A stretch of 64,000 nucleotides of DNA, from contig JAVRCJ020000025.1 of assembly GCA_034530875.2 (NCBI GenBank), forward strand, positions 49,824-113,823, in the 5' to 3' direction. This stretch comes from Nostoc sp. DedSLP01. GTDB taxonomy: Bacteria > Cyanobacteriota > Cyanobacteriia > Cyanobacteriales > Nostocaceae. Position numbers and translations under genes: made by a program. Below, piece by piece: positions 19,101-28,285 of this stretch (positions are counted from its first letter, which is position 1; each line of letters begins with the position of its first letter). The notes beneath the pieces were generated by a model, which was not told the DNA's origin, did not search any database, and saw only the letters and a program-made list of their open reading frames with translations.

Positions 19101-19820
19101 TCAAGGCTGACTTTGTAATTTTTTCATTTCTTGTTGTACGTCTAGGGCAATTTGTAATGCTTCGTTGAGTAATCTGCCATGTTCGGTAGCCTGTTCGTGT
19201 ACTTGCATAGCCGTTAAAGTTGCTAAATTGTTAGCAAAGAGTTCGGCATTACTCAAAATAAAGTTCTTATTCTCCCGCAAAATCCTTTCTGTTTTCAAAG
19301 CGCGAACTAAGTCAGCTTTTGTGAGTTTCAGCGCTGCAATTACACTGTCTCTTTTTTTTATAACTACTTCTGGGTTACCAGCTTCTTCTATTTGGTCATT
19401 AATATCTATAGCTTTAATAACAGTATTATATCTATCAACATCATTTAACAAAATTTTTAGAGAATTAGTCATGTTACGTTGAACAAATTTAATTCGATAT
19501 TTCCATAGTATATATAAGATGGATTGCGTAACTCCCCCAACCCAAAGACCTAAGACAATCAAGAACATCCAGGATGGAATTGTTACCAACAAACCAAATA
19601 CTTTTAGAAGTAAATCAAAGACAAGATAACTAAAAACAAATGTAGAAAACCCGATAAATATAACAGTCGCGGCTTCGGAACCTTTAAGCTTTTCTATATA
19701 TATTTTTCCGAATTTTCGTAAGACATTTGTAATAATCATCAATTCTTCCTTGACAGGTAAATTAGTCAGCTTTTGTAGCTCGTTATGACTAATTTCCAAG
19801 CCCTGTAAATCATCCCGCAC
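19101..19820 (-). CDS. Conserved hypothetical membrane protein (two TM helices + C-terminal coiled coil); likely GTG start at 19820
   Basis: Hydrophobic segments, then ALKTERILRENK...RLLNEALQIA. Confidence 0.7.
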   Translation of the reverse strand: MRDDLQGLEISHNELQKLTNLPVKEELMIITNVLRKFGKIYIEKLKGSEAATVIFIGFSTFVFSYLVFDLLLKVFGLLVTIPSWMFLIVLGLWVGGVTQSILYILWKYRIKFVQRNMTNSLKILLNDVDRYNTVIKAIDINDQIEEAGNPEVVIKKRDSVIAALKLTKADLVRALKTERILRENKNFILSNAELFANNLATLTAMQVHEQATEHGRLLNEALQIALDVQQEMKKLQSQP

Positions 19821-20187
19821 AGCTTTCAAGTCCTTGCAAGAATAGTTATTTACGCGCAGCACTTTTCAGGTATTTGACCCCGCCTGAAAGAGCTAATGGG
19901 GATTGGTATAGTTCAACTACTTGAAAAGTGCTGTAATCTACTATAGCAATCAAATTTCTAAAATGCCCAAGAAATGGGTATTTTGCCGAAAGTTTTTAAG
20001 TAAATTAATACTGATAGCAGGGAACAGGCAATAGGTAACGGACAACTGCCTTTAAAGCCTCTTGCTGTTTGGGTTTTTTAGCCAGCTTATGTTCTCAAGT
20101 ATGCTTCAAGTACTATATATGCAATTCAGATTTTTTTGTACAATATGCTACTCTTTTGCTGAGATTGCTAAATAAATTAATTGTGCT

Positions 20188-22092
20188 TTAATTGAGCTTA
20201 GGAGCAGATTGTTTTGGTTTGGAAACGCTACGTTGAGAATTTAAAAATGGTGGGATGGGACAGTCTAATGTCATGGCGATCGCTCTTAATAAATCTGCTT
20301 CTTTGGGAGTAACTTTGTTATCTAAGAGTACTGTGTGAGCGCAGGCATCAATAATACCTTGCTTGAGTTTAGGACTAGCAAGCTGAAGGCGTTCCAGACT
20401 TTTCTTAATATCAGAAAAATTGCAAGCAACTGGTGTATCTGGTTTTTCTTGTTCTCCGGCTTTAGGAAGTCGAAAAACTCCAGAACGAAAAGCATAAGCG
20501 ATAGCGTCGGGTTCGGAATGTCCGACGCGTGCGAGTGCGGATATTATTAATATGCTATCCGACCAAATTTGTTCGATAGAAGTGAATTCTACCGTTATTA
20601 CCGACGTAGGATTGATACAAGGTTGGAGACGATGCCATAGTATTAACTGCAACACAAAATCCCACAATGATAAATTACCACTGGCTTTAACTAAACCGTG
20701 GACGCATTTACAGAGCCTTTGGCATTCCTTGGCAGAATTTTGGCGCAATGCGGGTACTATCAAATCTACAACTGGCAAACGAATGCTGGGATCTAACTGG
20801 TTAATTTCCCGGCTCAATTCCAGAGTTTTTTCTACCAACTCACCAGGCTGCACTTCGCGTAACCAAGCGATTTGACGTTCTTGGATTGCGATATTTTCTG
20901 TATCTAACGCTAGCGCAAAAGCGATCGCCATTGCGCTTTCCTGCTGCCGCACGCTCAAGCGCAAAGATTCTGGCAGCTGCGACAACAGTGCTTGAGCGTG
21001 GGCAAAATGCTCCGGTGCAACGGTTCCCACTTGGTTGACTACCTGTTCTGGTGCGGCGCTGGCACCACCCGCAAACCCCATTGTCAAGGATTCCTGGGAA
21101 CCTGTGTAATTGCGAGATGGCATTGGAGGTAAATTGCTGACTTTCACACCTCCAACTCGGCGGATACGTTCTGCTAAAGGCGGATGGGTAGAAAACAAGC
21201 TGTCCCAAAAATAAGGATTGAGCGCATTGCCAAAAAACATGTGACTAGCGGCTTCTGCACCAGGCGCAATCAAACGCGAATCCATGCGTTGGAGTTTTTG
21301 GAACACTCCAGTCAACCCGTCGGGGTTGCGAGTGAACTGTACGGCGGAAGCATCGGCGAGAAATTCTCTTTGGCGAGAGACGGCGGCTTTAATCAAGCGC
21401 CCGCAAAATAAGCCGATACCGCCAATGGCCATTAGTGCTAAACCAAACGCCCACAAAGGCAAACCCTTATCTTCGCGGGAACCAGCACGAAGCCGCCACA
21501 ATAACTCGCCAGTTAAATAAATGAATAAAATCCCGTGTAACAGTCCCATCAAACGCAAATTCAGCCGCATATCTCCATTGAGAATGTGACTGAATTCATG
21601 GCCGATAATTCCTTGGAGTTCATCTCGGTTGAGATTTTGCAAACTCCCGCGGGTAACTCCAATTACTGCATCAGTGGGGGTAAACCCGGCAGCAAAAGCA
21701 TTAATGCTGGTTTCTCTGTCAAGGAGATAAACTTCTGGCACAGGAATCCCAGAAGCGATCGCCATTTCCTCGACAATATTTAATAGTTGTTTTCCTTGTT
21801 CGTCGGCGGTTTCTGGTAGTAGCAGCCTTCCCCCCAACTCCTGGGCAATTACACTTCCGCCCTCACGCAGACAGGCAATTTTATAGAGACTTCCTAAAGC
21901 GATCGCAATTATTGTAATTCCAGCGACATAAAGAAATAATCCTGGATGCCACCAAATACGAGGAGCCATACGAAACAGAAATAAAGTAGCAATGTAAATC
22001 GCTACGATTGTGACTGCGATGGATAGAGAAAACAACCCGATTAATTGTTGCGTATTTTGGCGTGCCCGATCCTGATGTTCAAAGAAATTCAT
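20188..22092 (-). CDS. M48 family (HtpX-like) zinc metallopeptidase with a long C-terminal extension
   Basis: INAFAAG, GHEFSH (HExxH), SRQREFLADA, STHPP; MNFFEHQ start typical of LemA-associated M48. Confidence 0.92.
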   Translation of the reverse strand: MNFFEHQDRARQNTQQLIGLFSLSIAVTIVAIYIATLFLFRMAPRIWWHPGLFLYVAGITIIAIALGSLYKIACLREGGSVIAQELGGRLLLPETADEQGKQLLNIVEEMAIASGIPVPEVYLLDRETSINAFAAGFTPTDAVIGVTRGSLQNLNRDELQGIIGHEFSHILNGDMRLNLRLMGLLHGILFIYLTGELLWRLRAGSREDKGLPLWAFGLALMAIGGIGLFCGRLIKAAVSRQREFLADASAVQFTRNPDGLTGVFQKLQRMDSRLIAPGAEAASHMFFGNALNPYFWDSLFSTHPPLAERIRRVGGVKVSNLPPMPSRNYTGSQESLTMGFAGGASAAPEQVVNQVGTVAPEHFAHAQALLSQLPESLRLSVRQQESAMAIAFALALDTENIAIQERQIAWLREVQPGELVEKTLELSREINQLDPSIRLPVVDLIVPALRQNSAKECQRLCKCVHGLVKASGNLSLWDFVLQLILWHRLQPCINPTSVITVEFTSIEQIWSDSILIISALARVGHSEPDAIAYAFRSGVFRLPKAGEQEKPDTPVACNFSDIKKSLERLQLASPKLKQGIIDACAHTVLLDNKVTPKEADLLRAIAMTLDCPIPPFLNSQRSVSKPKQSAPKLN

Positions 22093-22098
22093 AAACGC

Positions 22099-22692
22099 TT
22101 AAAAAGACACGCGGGGAGCATTTCTTACTTCTGGATTTGCTTCGGGGAGCAATTGTGCAAGAGTAAAATTAAAAGTATTTGCTACTAAATTGCTAGGAAA
22201 AGATTCAGTCTTAGTGTTATAAAGCGTCACTGCATCATTAAAAGCTTGACGGGCAAACGCAATCCGATTTTCAGTAGAAGATAGTTCTTCCATTACCTGG
22301 CTCATAGTGCGATCGGCTTTCAATTCTGGATAAGATTCTGAAAGTACCATGAACCGACTTAACGCACCCGCTAACGCTGCTTCTGCATTACCTAATTGCT
22401 GCATCGCTTGGGGATCGCCAGGATTTTGTACGGCGCGGCTGTTAGCATTCATCGCAGAATTTCGAGCTGCAATCACAGCTTCTAAAGTTTCACGCTCATG
22501 TTTCATATATCCTTTGGCAGTTTCCACCAAGTTAGGAATCAAATCGTAGCGGCGCTGTAATTGAACATCAATTTGAGAGTAAGCATTTTTGTAGCGGTTG
22601 CGATATTTTACTAAATCGTTGTAGCCATTAATTAGAATGAGAGCAACAGTGGCAACTAAAGCCACTGCAAATATCAAAACTCCGATAGTCAT
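22099..22692 (-). CDS. lemA: LemA family protein
   Basis: IDVQLQRRYDLIPNLVET.KGY, ESYPELKA, ENRIAFARQAFND, FPSN. Confidence 0.95.
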   Translation of the reverse strand: MTIGVLIFAVALVATVALILINGYNDLVKYRNRYKNAYSQIDVQLQRRYDLIPNLVETAKGYMKHERETLEAVIAARNSAMNANSRAVQNPGDPQAMQQLGNAEAALAGALSRFMVLSESYPELKADRTMSQVMEELSSTENRIAFARQAFNDAVTLYNTKTESFPSNLVANTFNFTLAQLLPEANPEVRNAPRVSF

Positions 22693-22878
22693 AAATTTGA
22701 ATCCATAAAACTTGCAGAAGAAAGTTGCAACTATTTTGATAAAAAAATCCCAATAGTTGTTATATCCAGTAGAGTTTTTCTGGATATGACAATGAGTTTA
22801 CTTGTAATAAGTTAACTTCGTCGTCTGTAAAATTAGTTACGCAAGTTTACTGAGTACGCGGTAGGGTAGCACAGCTGT

Positions 22879-23065
22879 TATGGGTGTCAACTTAACGTCA
22901 AAGCCTTACCAAGCCATGAGCTTGAGTCCACTAACCATCACTCTTCGCATCACCCCACCCCGGCTTTGCTGACGCAAAACCTCCCCTCCCCTTGGCAAGG
23001 GGAGGGGTTGGGGGTGGGGTAAAACGGTTGTGGAGCAAGAGTTCGAGCTTAAGTTGACACCAATG
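22879..23065. mobile_element. MITE copy 1 (~187 bp) inserted in a GTAG REP-like palindrome, with a 9-bp target-site duplication
   Basis: Ends TATGGGTGTCAACTTAA / TTAAGTTGACACCAATG; CACAGCTGT on both flanks (22870-22878, 23066-23074). Confidence 0.85.
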
Positions 23066-23114
23066 CACAGCTGTGATGCCCTACTTCGGCGAAATAATTA
23101 CAAACCGCTATAAA

Positions 23115-23366
23115 TTACCTATGAATTTGCGTAAATAGCGAATAACCGCTGACAGCAATAATAAAAAGGATAGCAGTAGAAAAAAATACTACATCCCTAA
23201 CAAGAAATAAAATCCAATCTTTTCTTAGTTCTTGTTTAAACTTGAGTTCTCGCAGCTTGCGTTCTAATTCTGCGTCTTCTGGAGACTGTAAGTTTACTAT
23301 TGATAATACCAGCGGTTTGTTACTTTTAGCGGCAATGATTTTTGATAAATCTTTGACATCTGTCAT
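23115..23366 (-). CDS. Small hypothetical protein with a charged helix and a C-terminal TM segment
   Basis: 83 aa; EDAELERKLRELKFKQE followed by VVFFSTAILFIIAVSGYSLF. Confidence 0.65.
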   Translation of the reverse strand: MTDVKDLSKIIAAKSNKPLVLSIVNLQSPEDAELERKLRELKFKQELRKDWILFLVRDVVFFSTAILFIIAVSGYSLFTQIHR

Positions 23367-23371
23367 GCTGT

Positions 23372-23599
23372 TTAGATACCAATAATTTCAGTTTCTAGGT
23401 TTTGGTTTTCATCTGCAATCCAGATATGCTTGCCTTTTTGTTTGGCTTCTACTGCTATTTCTAGAAGTACAAGTGCCTTTAACAACACCTCAGCATTATC
23501 TCCATGAATCTGTTCCGACAAATTGCTTATCGTCTCATAAAATTCTGGCGATAAATCTAAAATTATTTGAATGCGTTGAGTTTTATATTGTATAGTCAT
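23372..23599 (-). CDS. CopG/ribbon-helix-helix-like small DNA-binding protein
   Basis: Beta strand RIQIILDL then two helices (PEFYETISNLSEQ; AEVLLKALVLL); 5 bp from the next gene. Confidence 0.65.
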   Translation of the reverse strand: MTIQYKTQRIQIILDLSPEFYETISNLSEQIHGDNAEVLLKALVLLEIAVEAKQKGKHIWIADENQNLETEIIGI

Positions 23600-23622
23600 T
23601 TCTAAAATATTTACATAAAATA

Positions 23623-24216
23623 CTACTGTCTAATTCCTTGAATAAACTCCCTTTTAGCCTCAATTATTGAAGGTATTAAAACACAACGCACTAACAAATT
23701 TATATCTAATTCTGGCAGTAGCTTACTTTGAAAAATTTGCTCGTAATTATCATTATTAAGATAATATAAAGCTAATTGATTATTTTCCCAAAACCAAACT
23801 TCAGTAATTTTAAACCGCTTGTACTTTTCTAATTTATCTATGCTGCCACTGGTAATATTTATTTCAATTGCTAAATCAGGATTTTCTTTCTTTTGCTCTA
23901 TATAATAAGATTCATCAGGTTCAAACGAAGTACCTTTTTCTTTTCCTCGACGGGTAGCGCTACCTACAGGAAAAAAATTGATGTCTTTTTCAAAGAAGTA
24001 AAGCGCTAGTAATATTGCAATTACACTTTTAATAGCTTCGTGTTGTTCGCCAAGAGTCATAAATTCTACACACCCATCAAGATAAGTTATCCGTAAACCT
24101 GGCGCATCTGCTGTTAAAGCCTCAAGTTTCTCAAATTCTTCCCAAGTGTAATGGCCAGGTAAGAGAAACCGCTGTTCTTCGAGGGTGGTAAATTTATCTA
24201 AAATTTGTGAATTCAT
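23623..24216 (-). CDS. Uma2 family (DUF820) PD-(D/E)xK endonuclease
   Basis: RITYLDG..E.M, FEPDESY, PDLAIEI, DKLEKY....EVWFW. Confidence 0.92.
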   Translation of the reverse strand: MNSQILDKFTTLEEQRFLLPGHYTWEEFEKLEALTADAPGLRITYLDGCVEFMTLGEQHEAIKSVIAILLALYFFEKDINFFPVGSATRRGKEKGTSFEPDESYYIEQKKENPDLAIEINITSGSIDKLEKYKRFKITEVWFWENNQLALYYLNNDNYEQIFQSKLLPELDINLLVRCVLIPSIIEAKREFIQGIRQ

Positions 24217-24263
24217 ATATATATAAGCATGATTATTGAATAAATAGTTCAGAAGCTATAATT

Positions 24264-24298
24264 GCATAGACGCAAAGCGGCTTGTCGTCAGACATCGC
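24264..24298. repeat. Small dispersed repeat (SDR-like) apparently inserted into a HIP1-like site
   Basis: GCA-TAGACGCAAAGCGGCTTGTCGTCAGAC-ATCGC; GC-rich island in AT-rich spacer ending in the HIP1 half ATCGC. Confidence 0.5.
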
Positions 24299-24474
24299 TG
24301 ACAGTAGCACTTGAATATATTTCATAAATAAATTCTTATAGGATACATGTATTTTCTCAGGTGAATATCTTAAGTATATTATAGTTGGCTGAGGCTAGAA
24401 AATTGATAATGATTATGCAAAAATCTCTCTTTTAGAAAGAGAAAGGTAAAATTCCAACTATCAAACTCACCTTA

Positions 24475-24564
24475 TTTACAGCAGATTTCAAAAAAGTAAA
24501 GCGCATAAAGATTTGTTCCAAAACCAGGTATAAATCCTCTTTTATTTCTGAAGTCTGCTGCAAA
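24475..24564. repeat. ~90-bp inverted-repeat element (MITE-like)
   Basis: TTTACAGCAGATTTCAAAAA ... TTTCTGAAGTCTGCTGCAAA, 17/20 complementary. Confidence 0.55.
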
Positions 24565-24571
24565 ATATCTT

Positions 24572-26059
24572 TTACAACAAGCCTTTACCTCGTTGATAAA
24601 TTTCCCTTGCATAATCAGTCCAAGCACCTTGTCCCCAATAACGAAAACAACTAGTTTGTAGTAAAAGGTTATCGAGGAGCAAGTTACGGTATTCAGATTG
24701 TCTGGTAACAGCTTCTACTGAAATATTTTGCTGTAATGCATCAAATTTCTCATGAAATCCACTGCTTAATTCATACATAGGAGACAAGACATTTTCATAT
24801 CCTTTTACCCAACTAATATGATTTGTCCACGAGGCTCCATCAATGTGAAAATTAGAGTTGGTTTGTTGTAATTCTTGAATGACATTCTCTACAATCTCAG
24901 GTTGACAATTCTCTGGTGAAACTCGCTCCCAAATATAATGTTGTCCGACTGGCTGGCAAGTTGGATAATCTTCAGGTTTGCATCCAGCAGCTTCTATTAA
25001 TTCTAGATATTCTGTACCGCACATTCCAACAACACCTGATTTTCCTCCACCATTATTGACCATATCCCACCAAGCTTGTTTGAAAGCGCTAGGAAATTCA
25101 TTCATCATCACGCCGCCATTTTCACCATCTCCAATTTGACTAACTATTGGTGGCACAAACAGACTTCCTAGTTGTTGTTTAGATAAGGTTTTCGCTTCGT
25201 AATAAGGTTGCATTTGAGCAACTAATTTAGTATCTGAACCTTGAGTTTTAATTAAAGCTGTGATGCTAATTGTCTCGCCTTGAGAATTGCGAGCAATTAA
25301 ACGGTGCGGCAAATGTTTATGAGTAAGAGATTGACCGCTAATTGTTTCTACAGAATGTTCTTGAACTAGTAGCCAGCGATATCCACATTCTTTCAGCGCT
25401 TTTACAAATTCAAACAGCACATCAGGGTGATTTGGTAGATGCATTTCTGGAGGTGAAAATCCTTTAACTCTTGCTAATGCTTCCCAACCAAAAATTGCTG
25501 CAAAGTGATGTTGCCACGCAATTATATGTAATTTAATGTCTGCTATGGGAGTGGAAGGAATAACAGCATGGCTCCACATTGTACCGAGCCATTCTACATA
25601 AGGTTGATAGGTAGAATCGCAAGTAATACGTTTCAAGTTATCAAGAATATCATGGCGTCCCATTTGTCTGAGTCCCCACAAAAGATTACCTGAGTAATCC
25701 AACATCACGCGGGGATTACAACCTTGATTTACAAGTTCGGGAATGAAATCTCCCATACGGCTGTAACAATAAGCAAAAGGCCCTGCATTATGGTTATCGC
25801 CTTCATTGGGATGTTCAAACATGTATTGCAGATTGCTGATGAACGTACCACCATATCCAGCAGGGATTGTCGGTTGGTGCATGTGTAAGGCGATCGCAAA
25901 TACAGCATTTACGTCATCTAACTTGATATTCGTCGTTGGTAAAAATACAGGTGCATCATGGTTAACTACAGAGAGAACTTCTGTTTCCCAACCAGAAATA
26001 TTCGGCAAGCCATCAATGATTTCGGGCAAAGAAGAGAGATTAGTAGATAGTGAAAGCAT
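24572..26059 (-). CDS. Glycoside hydrolase family 57 protein
   Basis: ALHMHQP, GFSPPEM, IGDGENGG, GASWT, TSCFRYWG. Confidence 0.88.
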   Translation of the reverse strand: MLSLSTNLSSLPEIIDGLPNISGWETEVLSVVNHDAPVFLPTTNIKLDDVNAVFAIALHMHQPTIPAGYGGTFISNLQYMFEHPNEGDNHNAGPFAYCYSRMGDFIPELVNQGCNPRVMLDYSGNLLWGLRQMGRHDILDNLKRITCDSTYQPYVEWLGTMWSHAVIPSTPIADIKLHIIAWQHHFAAIFGWEALARVKGFSPPEMHLPNHPDVLFEFVKALKECGYRWLLVQEHSVETISGQSLTHKHLPHRLIARNSQGETISITALIKTQGSDTKLVAQMQPYYEAKTLSKQQLGSLFVPPIVSQIGDGENGGVMMNEFPSAFKQAWWDMVNNGGGKSGVVGMCGTEYLELIEAAGCKPEDYPTCQPVGQHYIWERVSPENCQPEIVENVIQELQQTNSNFHIDGASWTNHISWVKGYENVLSPMYELSSGFHEKFDALQQNISVEAVTRQSEYRNLLLDNLLLQTSCFRYWGQGAWTDYAREIYQRGKGLL

Positions 26060-26396
26060 TTCTGGTTGCTCCGAAACAAGGTATGTCTCATTATGCGATC
26101 GCACAGCAATTTATCGACTGCAACTTTATCTATTGATGCAAACTGCAACTTGTAAACCCTAAAGCTGATAATTTACAATCCTTGTAGCAAGGGAACAGAG
26201 AACTAAAACAGGAGAGAGAAAAAACAGGCTTGTCCGAACTGCATTGACTGATAAAAAATAAGCGATCGCTTTTTGGCGCTAATACCTGGGCTAAATTATC
26301 ACTCTATAACGGACGATGCAATTTTTTAGCCTAACTCTGGTTCTACGTGGAAATATAAACTTAGTGGCTGATTTCTAAAAACTCTTGTAACCGCTG

Positions 26397-27215
26397 TTAG
26401 ATTTTAGCTAAAAAACTCAGTTTTTCTTGACGCTGTTGCCTTGTTGGTGCTGCTGGAGTTGCTATTTGTAAAATCAGTTCTAGCAACCAAGGGGCAAGGC
26501 GTTGACACCACACAGCTAAATAACTTTGCCATCCCACTAAAATTTCTGGTGAATCATTTTGCATTCCAGTGACGAGTGCTTTAGCTACTTGTTCCGGAGT
26601 CATAGGGATTACCCAGCGAAATAATTTGAAGTCGCGCACCATATCTGTGTCTGTCAGGGAAGGTAGTAATGCGATCGCTCGGATATTGTATTGCGCGAGT
26701 TCCCGACGCAAAGCTTGGGTAAATCCCAAGATGGCAAATTTGGTGGCGGAGTAAGTCGCCATTGTCGGTGCTGCAATTTTCCCCATCAGACTCGATACAT
26801 TGACGATTGTCCCTTGCCTTTGGCTGGCCATGCGCCTAGCTATCAAACTTGTGAGGTTGTACATTCCTAATAAGTTTACAGAAAGTTCTTCTTGAACTTG
26901 CGGCAGTTTACATTGCAAAAATGAGCTTTGATAGGCGACTCCCGCACAATTAACCAGTAGATGAATCGGGCCATAGTTGCGCCAAACTTGGGCAATGGCA
27001 ACATTCACCTCAATTACCTGAGTCAAATCTAAGGCAACGATCGCAGTCTCAACACCCATCGCCTCAATTTCCTCGGCCACCTCGACTAACTTCTGGCGAT
27101 CGCGCGCTACCAATATCAGCCGCTTGATGCCTTGTTGGGCTAATTCCAGAGCGATCGCCCTGCCAATACCACGCGAAGCCCCTGTAATTAGGGCTACTTT
27201 ACCTTGAATCTCCAT
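26397..27215 (-). CDS. Short-chain dehydrogenase/reductase
   Basis: TGASRGIG, VNCAG, NVSS, YSATK (YxxxK). Confidence 0.93.
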   Translation of the reverse strand: MEIQGKVALITGASRGIGRAIALELAQQGIKRLILVARDRQKLVEVAEEIEAMGVETAIVALDLTQVIEVNVAIAQVWRNYGPIHLLVNCAGVAYQSSFLQCKLPQVQEELSVNLLGMYNLTSLIARRMASQRQGTIVNVSSLMGKIAAPTMATYSATKFAILGFTQALRRELAQYNIRAIALLPSLTDTDMVRDFKLFRWVIPMTPEQVAKALVTGMQNDSPEILVGWQSYLAVWCQRLAPWLLELILQIATPAAPTRQQRQEKLSFLAKI

Positions 27216-28285
27216 TAGTTTTATCCTCCAAAATCTAACTTAGTATTGGGGATTGGGCATAGAAATTGCTTTTAGCGGAAGCAGGGCGATGAGCCGCGTA
27301 CTGACTTAGGAGTTAAAAGTTATTCTCCCCCGGCCTCCCCTGCTCCTCTCCTATTCCCCAGTCCCCAATCACTTATTTCTTGGTTAATCTGCAATGCCTC
27401 GTATTTGTCTATAGGAGGTAAAAGTTCTCGTTTTTTACTTGTTAATTACTAACAGACTTGGCTGAATCGATATAGCTCATAAACTTTACTTCTCCTCGAT
27501 CCTAGCGTTCATCAGCATTGTTGACATACACACGTTAGCAATTAAATCAAGCTGTAGCAATATTTTTTCATCAGAATTTCTTAATACTTGTTCACACAAG
27601 TATATATATACAAAAGATTTAATTGGATAAGTTTTTATGAATACCTAAGTACAAATGTCTCAAAACCCTGACAATTAATTTCTATTTTCAAAAATTGTCA
27701 TACCTAAGTCACAGTTTAGAAATCAAAAAGACGTATATAGCAATCCTATTGATTTGTAAGAATTTCCAGCCGAAGATACGCGATTTATCAAACTTGTTTC
27801 TCAGAGATTATTTAAGATTTGGATATCATTTTTCTTATAGTTGCAATAAGTAGATTTGATATCATTTTGGGTAATGCTATCAGTATATTTACTGCTTTTG
27901 TTCAGTAAAAGCTTGTGGTTATTATTTTTTTTGATAGTAGAAAAGCTGGATTTTTATCTAAAATACAGATTACAAAAGTATATTTTTTTACTAAAACCTT
28001 AGTAAAAATCGTTAGTTGTTTGGCTTTAGCTTTGAGATTCTCAAGTAAATTCTTGAGATTGAGCTTATTTAAGGCAATCCTTTACTTTTGGTAAATAAAA
28101 ATATTAGCTGCTTTTTCCAAAAGCCAGAGAGCTGAGCAAGACATTCATATAATACATAATTACTAATACTCTTTAAACGATTTTTTAAGTATATATGCTT
28201 AATAGAATAAGAGTATTGTTATACTATTTCACCGAAATTCTCGATAGAAATCGCTGTTCTTGCTTCCCCTGCCCCCTCTGCCCCT

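Noticed and set aside
26397..27215. SDR as HetN (heterocyst pattern regulator)
   Set aside because: No RGSGR pentapeptide in the translation.
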